Positions 62,880 to 64,000 of a DNA stretch of 64,000 nucleotides are shown here, one piece after another. Source of the DNA: Mytilus californianus (taxonomy: Eukaryota). Positions within the stretch are counted from its first letter, which is position 1; each line of letters opens with the position of its first letter. The stretch spans positions 3,348,001-3,412,000 of the forward strand of contig NW_026262637.1 of assembly GCF_021869535.1 (NCBI RefSeq). Direction: 5' to 3'. Under the pieces are notes generated by a model that saw nothing but the letters and a program-made list of their open reading frames with translations, did not search any database and had not been told where the DNA came from. The translations under genes were made by a program, and so were the position numbers.

Positions 62880-63500
62880 AAAAAAATTTCAACTCCCTCA
62901 GGCAAAGTTGACCTTAGATGGATTTGTCTATTATTTTGGGTTCTTTTTCAACTGTTTTTGGTTCTTATACATCCTTGGGTTTCAGAAATTTGGCTTTGTG
63001 CATTCCTGAAGAAGGTAAAACCAGAAAAGAGCTTCGGAAGCATTAAATTCATAAAGGTTTGTTTTCATTTTTAACTGCTTTTGGTCGATACCGCTGCTGG
63101 TGGACTATTAGTCATCTGTACTATTATTTGTCTGTTTGTCTTTTTATTTTTGGCCATGACGTTGTCAGTTTGTTTTCGATCTATGAGTTTGACTGTCCCT
63201 CTGGTATCTTTCGTTCCTCTTTTAGTCCCAAGGGTATCACCAGCTCAGTAGCCAAAACTTCGATATAACATAATTTATAACAAATCGTTCTTACATTGTC
63301 CGTTTATCAATTTAGAAATTATTTTCACTCCCTCAGGTAAAAAGACCTTACATGGATTTTGCTATTATTTTATGTTCTTTTTGGTCATATAGCTCTTCAA
63401 ACTGTTCCGGTTCTCACACTTGGATGGCTTTCAAATATTTTGCTCCGAGCTTTCCTGTTGAATGTAAATCCAGAAAAGTATTTCCGACGAATTAAATTTT
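62880..63500 (+). mobile_element. Head-to-tail partial dimer of retrozyme-like family B, with hammerheads at 63000-63041 and 63449-63490 (degenerate)
   Basis: actccctcagg recurs at ~62892 and ~63328; core-to-core distance 449 minus a 114-nt insertion = 335 nt. Confidence 0.78.
63114..63221 (+). mobile_element. Penelope-like family 2 3' fragment inserted in the retrozyme, flanked by ttagtc direct repeats
   Basis: ttagtc at 63108-63113 and 63222-63227; uninterrupted host ggactatcagtccccgagggtatc is seen at ~22855-22880 (minus). Confidence 0.8.
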
Positions 63501-64000
63501 CTAAGTGCTGTTTTAATCTTTATAAACTTCGGGCTTTTTCTAGATTTACCTTAATCAGCAATGCTTCAAGCAAAACACTTGACAGCCAAAGTTGGAACCG
63601 GAATGTTTTAATATTTTATTTTACATATACAATTTATTACATTTCTTTTAATTACAAATATGCATCTCCAAACCAAAAGGTTCCTGCTATTTTCGATAAA
63701 TTTATATTCCATTATTCCTTTAAATTTGAAAGTTTATTGTAATTCCCAGTTGTGGTTGATGAAACATGACGTGAATTATTCCCATGAGGCAGAATAGATG
63801 ATGGTTCAATCACCAGGATCAGTATACATTATAAGTATGACACATTTTCTATGCATAAATTTGTTTAAGTATATTGGGTATATACTAGTTTCTTTATTAT
63901 TATGAATTGGTACGTAAAAGGAGATGACATAACGCCAATTGTTTATCCCTGAAAACTCGAAAATATATTATTTCAAAGAAGTTTTTATTGTCTATTCGTC

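Noticed and set aside
59201-63742. Remaining mid-length ORFs (59201, 61125, 62835, 63059, 63359)
   Set aside because: AT-rich or repeat-derived frames with no motif or splice support.

Overview
AT-rich animal genomic DNA with spliceosomal introns and one assembly gap (42737-42893). The repeat content (hammerhead-bearing retrozyme-like monomers, Penelope-like RT relics, pearl/HINE-type elements) suggests a bivalve, probably Mytilus-like; this is inference, and no database search was run. Two spliced genes, both on the minus strand and largely missed by the ORF track, were reconstructed by hand with consistent splice phases. (1) A secreted thrombospondin type-1 (TSP1) repeat protein: signal peptide, Tyr/Trp-rich 4-Cys module, then four 192-nt TSP1 exons, CDS 18888->5894, 311 aa. 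It ends at an in-frame TAA inside the 4th repeat, with a repeat-derived AATAAA just past the old donor and a stop-containing 5th TSP1 exon stranded downstream. (2) A 209-aa LURAP (leucine-rich adaptor)-like protein, CDS 41701->34643, whose first coding exon is followed by three decayed tandem copies of itself. The rest is mostly mobile DNA: at least two Penelope-like retroelement families, three families of minimal type I hammerhead motifs including a ~335-nt tandem retrozyme-like unit, Helentron-type non-autonomous elements, foldback MITEs, tRNA-derived SINEs, a CR1/L2-like LINE 3' end and several minisatellites. One minisatellite is the reiterated last 32 nt of a Penelope-family element. No CRISPR, rRNA or bona fide tRNA genes were seen. 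Repeat boundaries are approximate; exon boundaries were indexed to the base.
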